Source: Nymphaea colorata (lineage: Eukaryota). Taken from it: a stretch of DNA of 64,000 nucleotides. Made by a program: the position numbers and the translations under genes. The DNA lies in NCBI RefSeq assembly GCF_008831285.2, contig NC_045138.2:33480001-33544000 (forward strand), given 5' to 3'. The notes beneath the pieces were generated by a model. It searched no databases, had not been told where the DNA came from, and saw only the letters and a list, made by a program, of their open reading frames with translations. Numbering within the stretch: the stretch's first letter is position 1; each line of letters starts with the position of its first letter. This document shows, in pieces, positions 63,916 through 64,000 of the stretch.

Positions 63916-64000
63916 AAAAAAAGGTATATGAAAAAACATCATATAAGTTTCAGGAGATGCACGCCCTAGGATCTAAGAAATAGATGCAACCAACTTAGCT

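Overview
Repeat-rich plant (angiosperm) nuclear DNA. I can support no intact protein-coding gene, and most ORFs in the supplied track are artefacts of tandem repeats or degenerate elements. Main contents: (i) a ~130-bp satellite with a 65-bp hairpin substructure and a ~1.06-kb higher-order duplication (1-2260, relatives at 2790-3100 and 55750-56668); (ii) scattered pseudogene fragments of G-type lectin S-domain receptor kinases; (iii) frameshifted 5' and 3' parts of full-size ABCG/PDR transporter genes on the minus strand, in an order that cannot form one gene; (iv) a non-coding LTR element family (three ~665-bp LTRs with tRNA-iMet-type PBS) whose internal region is a tandem array of ~540-bp units; (v) a truncated Ty1/copia element and an hAT-type MITE with an 8-bp TSD; (vi) a ~380-bp mitochondrial insertion (rrn5 plus a D-arm-deleted trnP) inside a kinase exon; (vii) a 1.3-kb inverted dispersed repeat whose core looks like a structured RNA; (viii) a mosaic of segmental duplications at 17-54 kb offsets and a 100-N gap. 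All alignments were made by eye, so boundaries are approximate unless splice sites, TIRs or PBS fix them.
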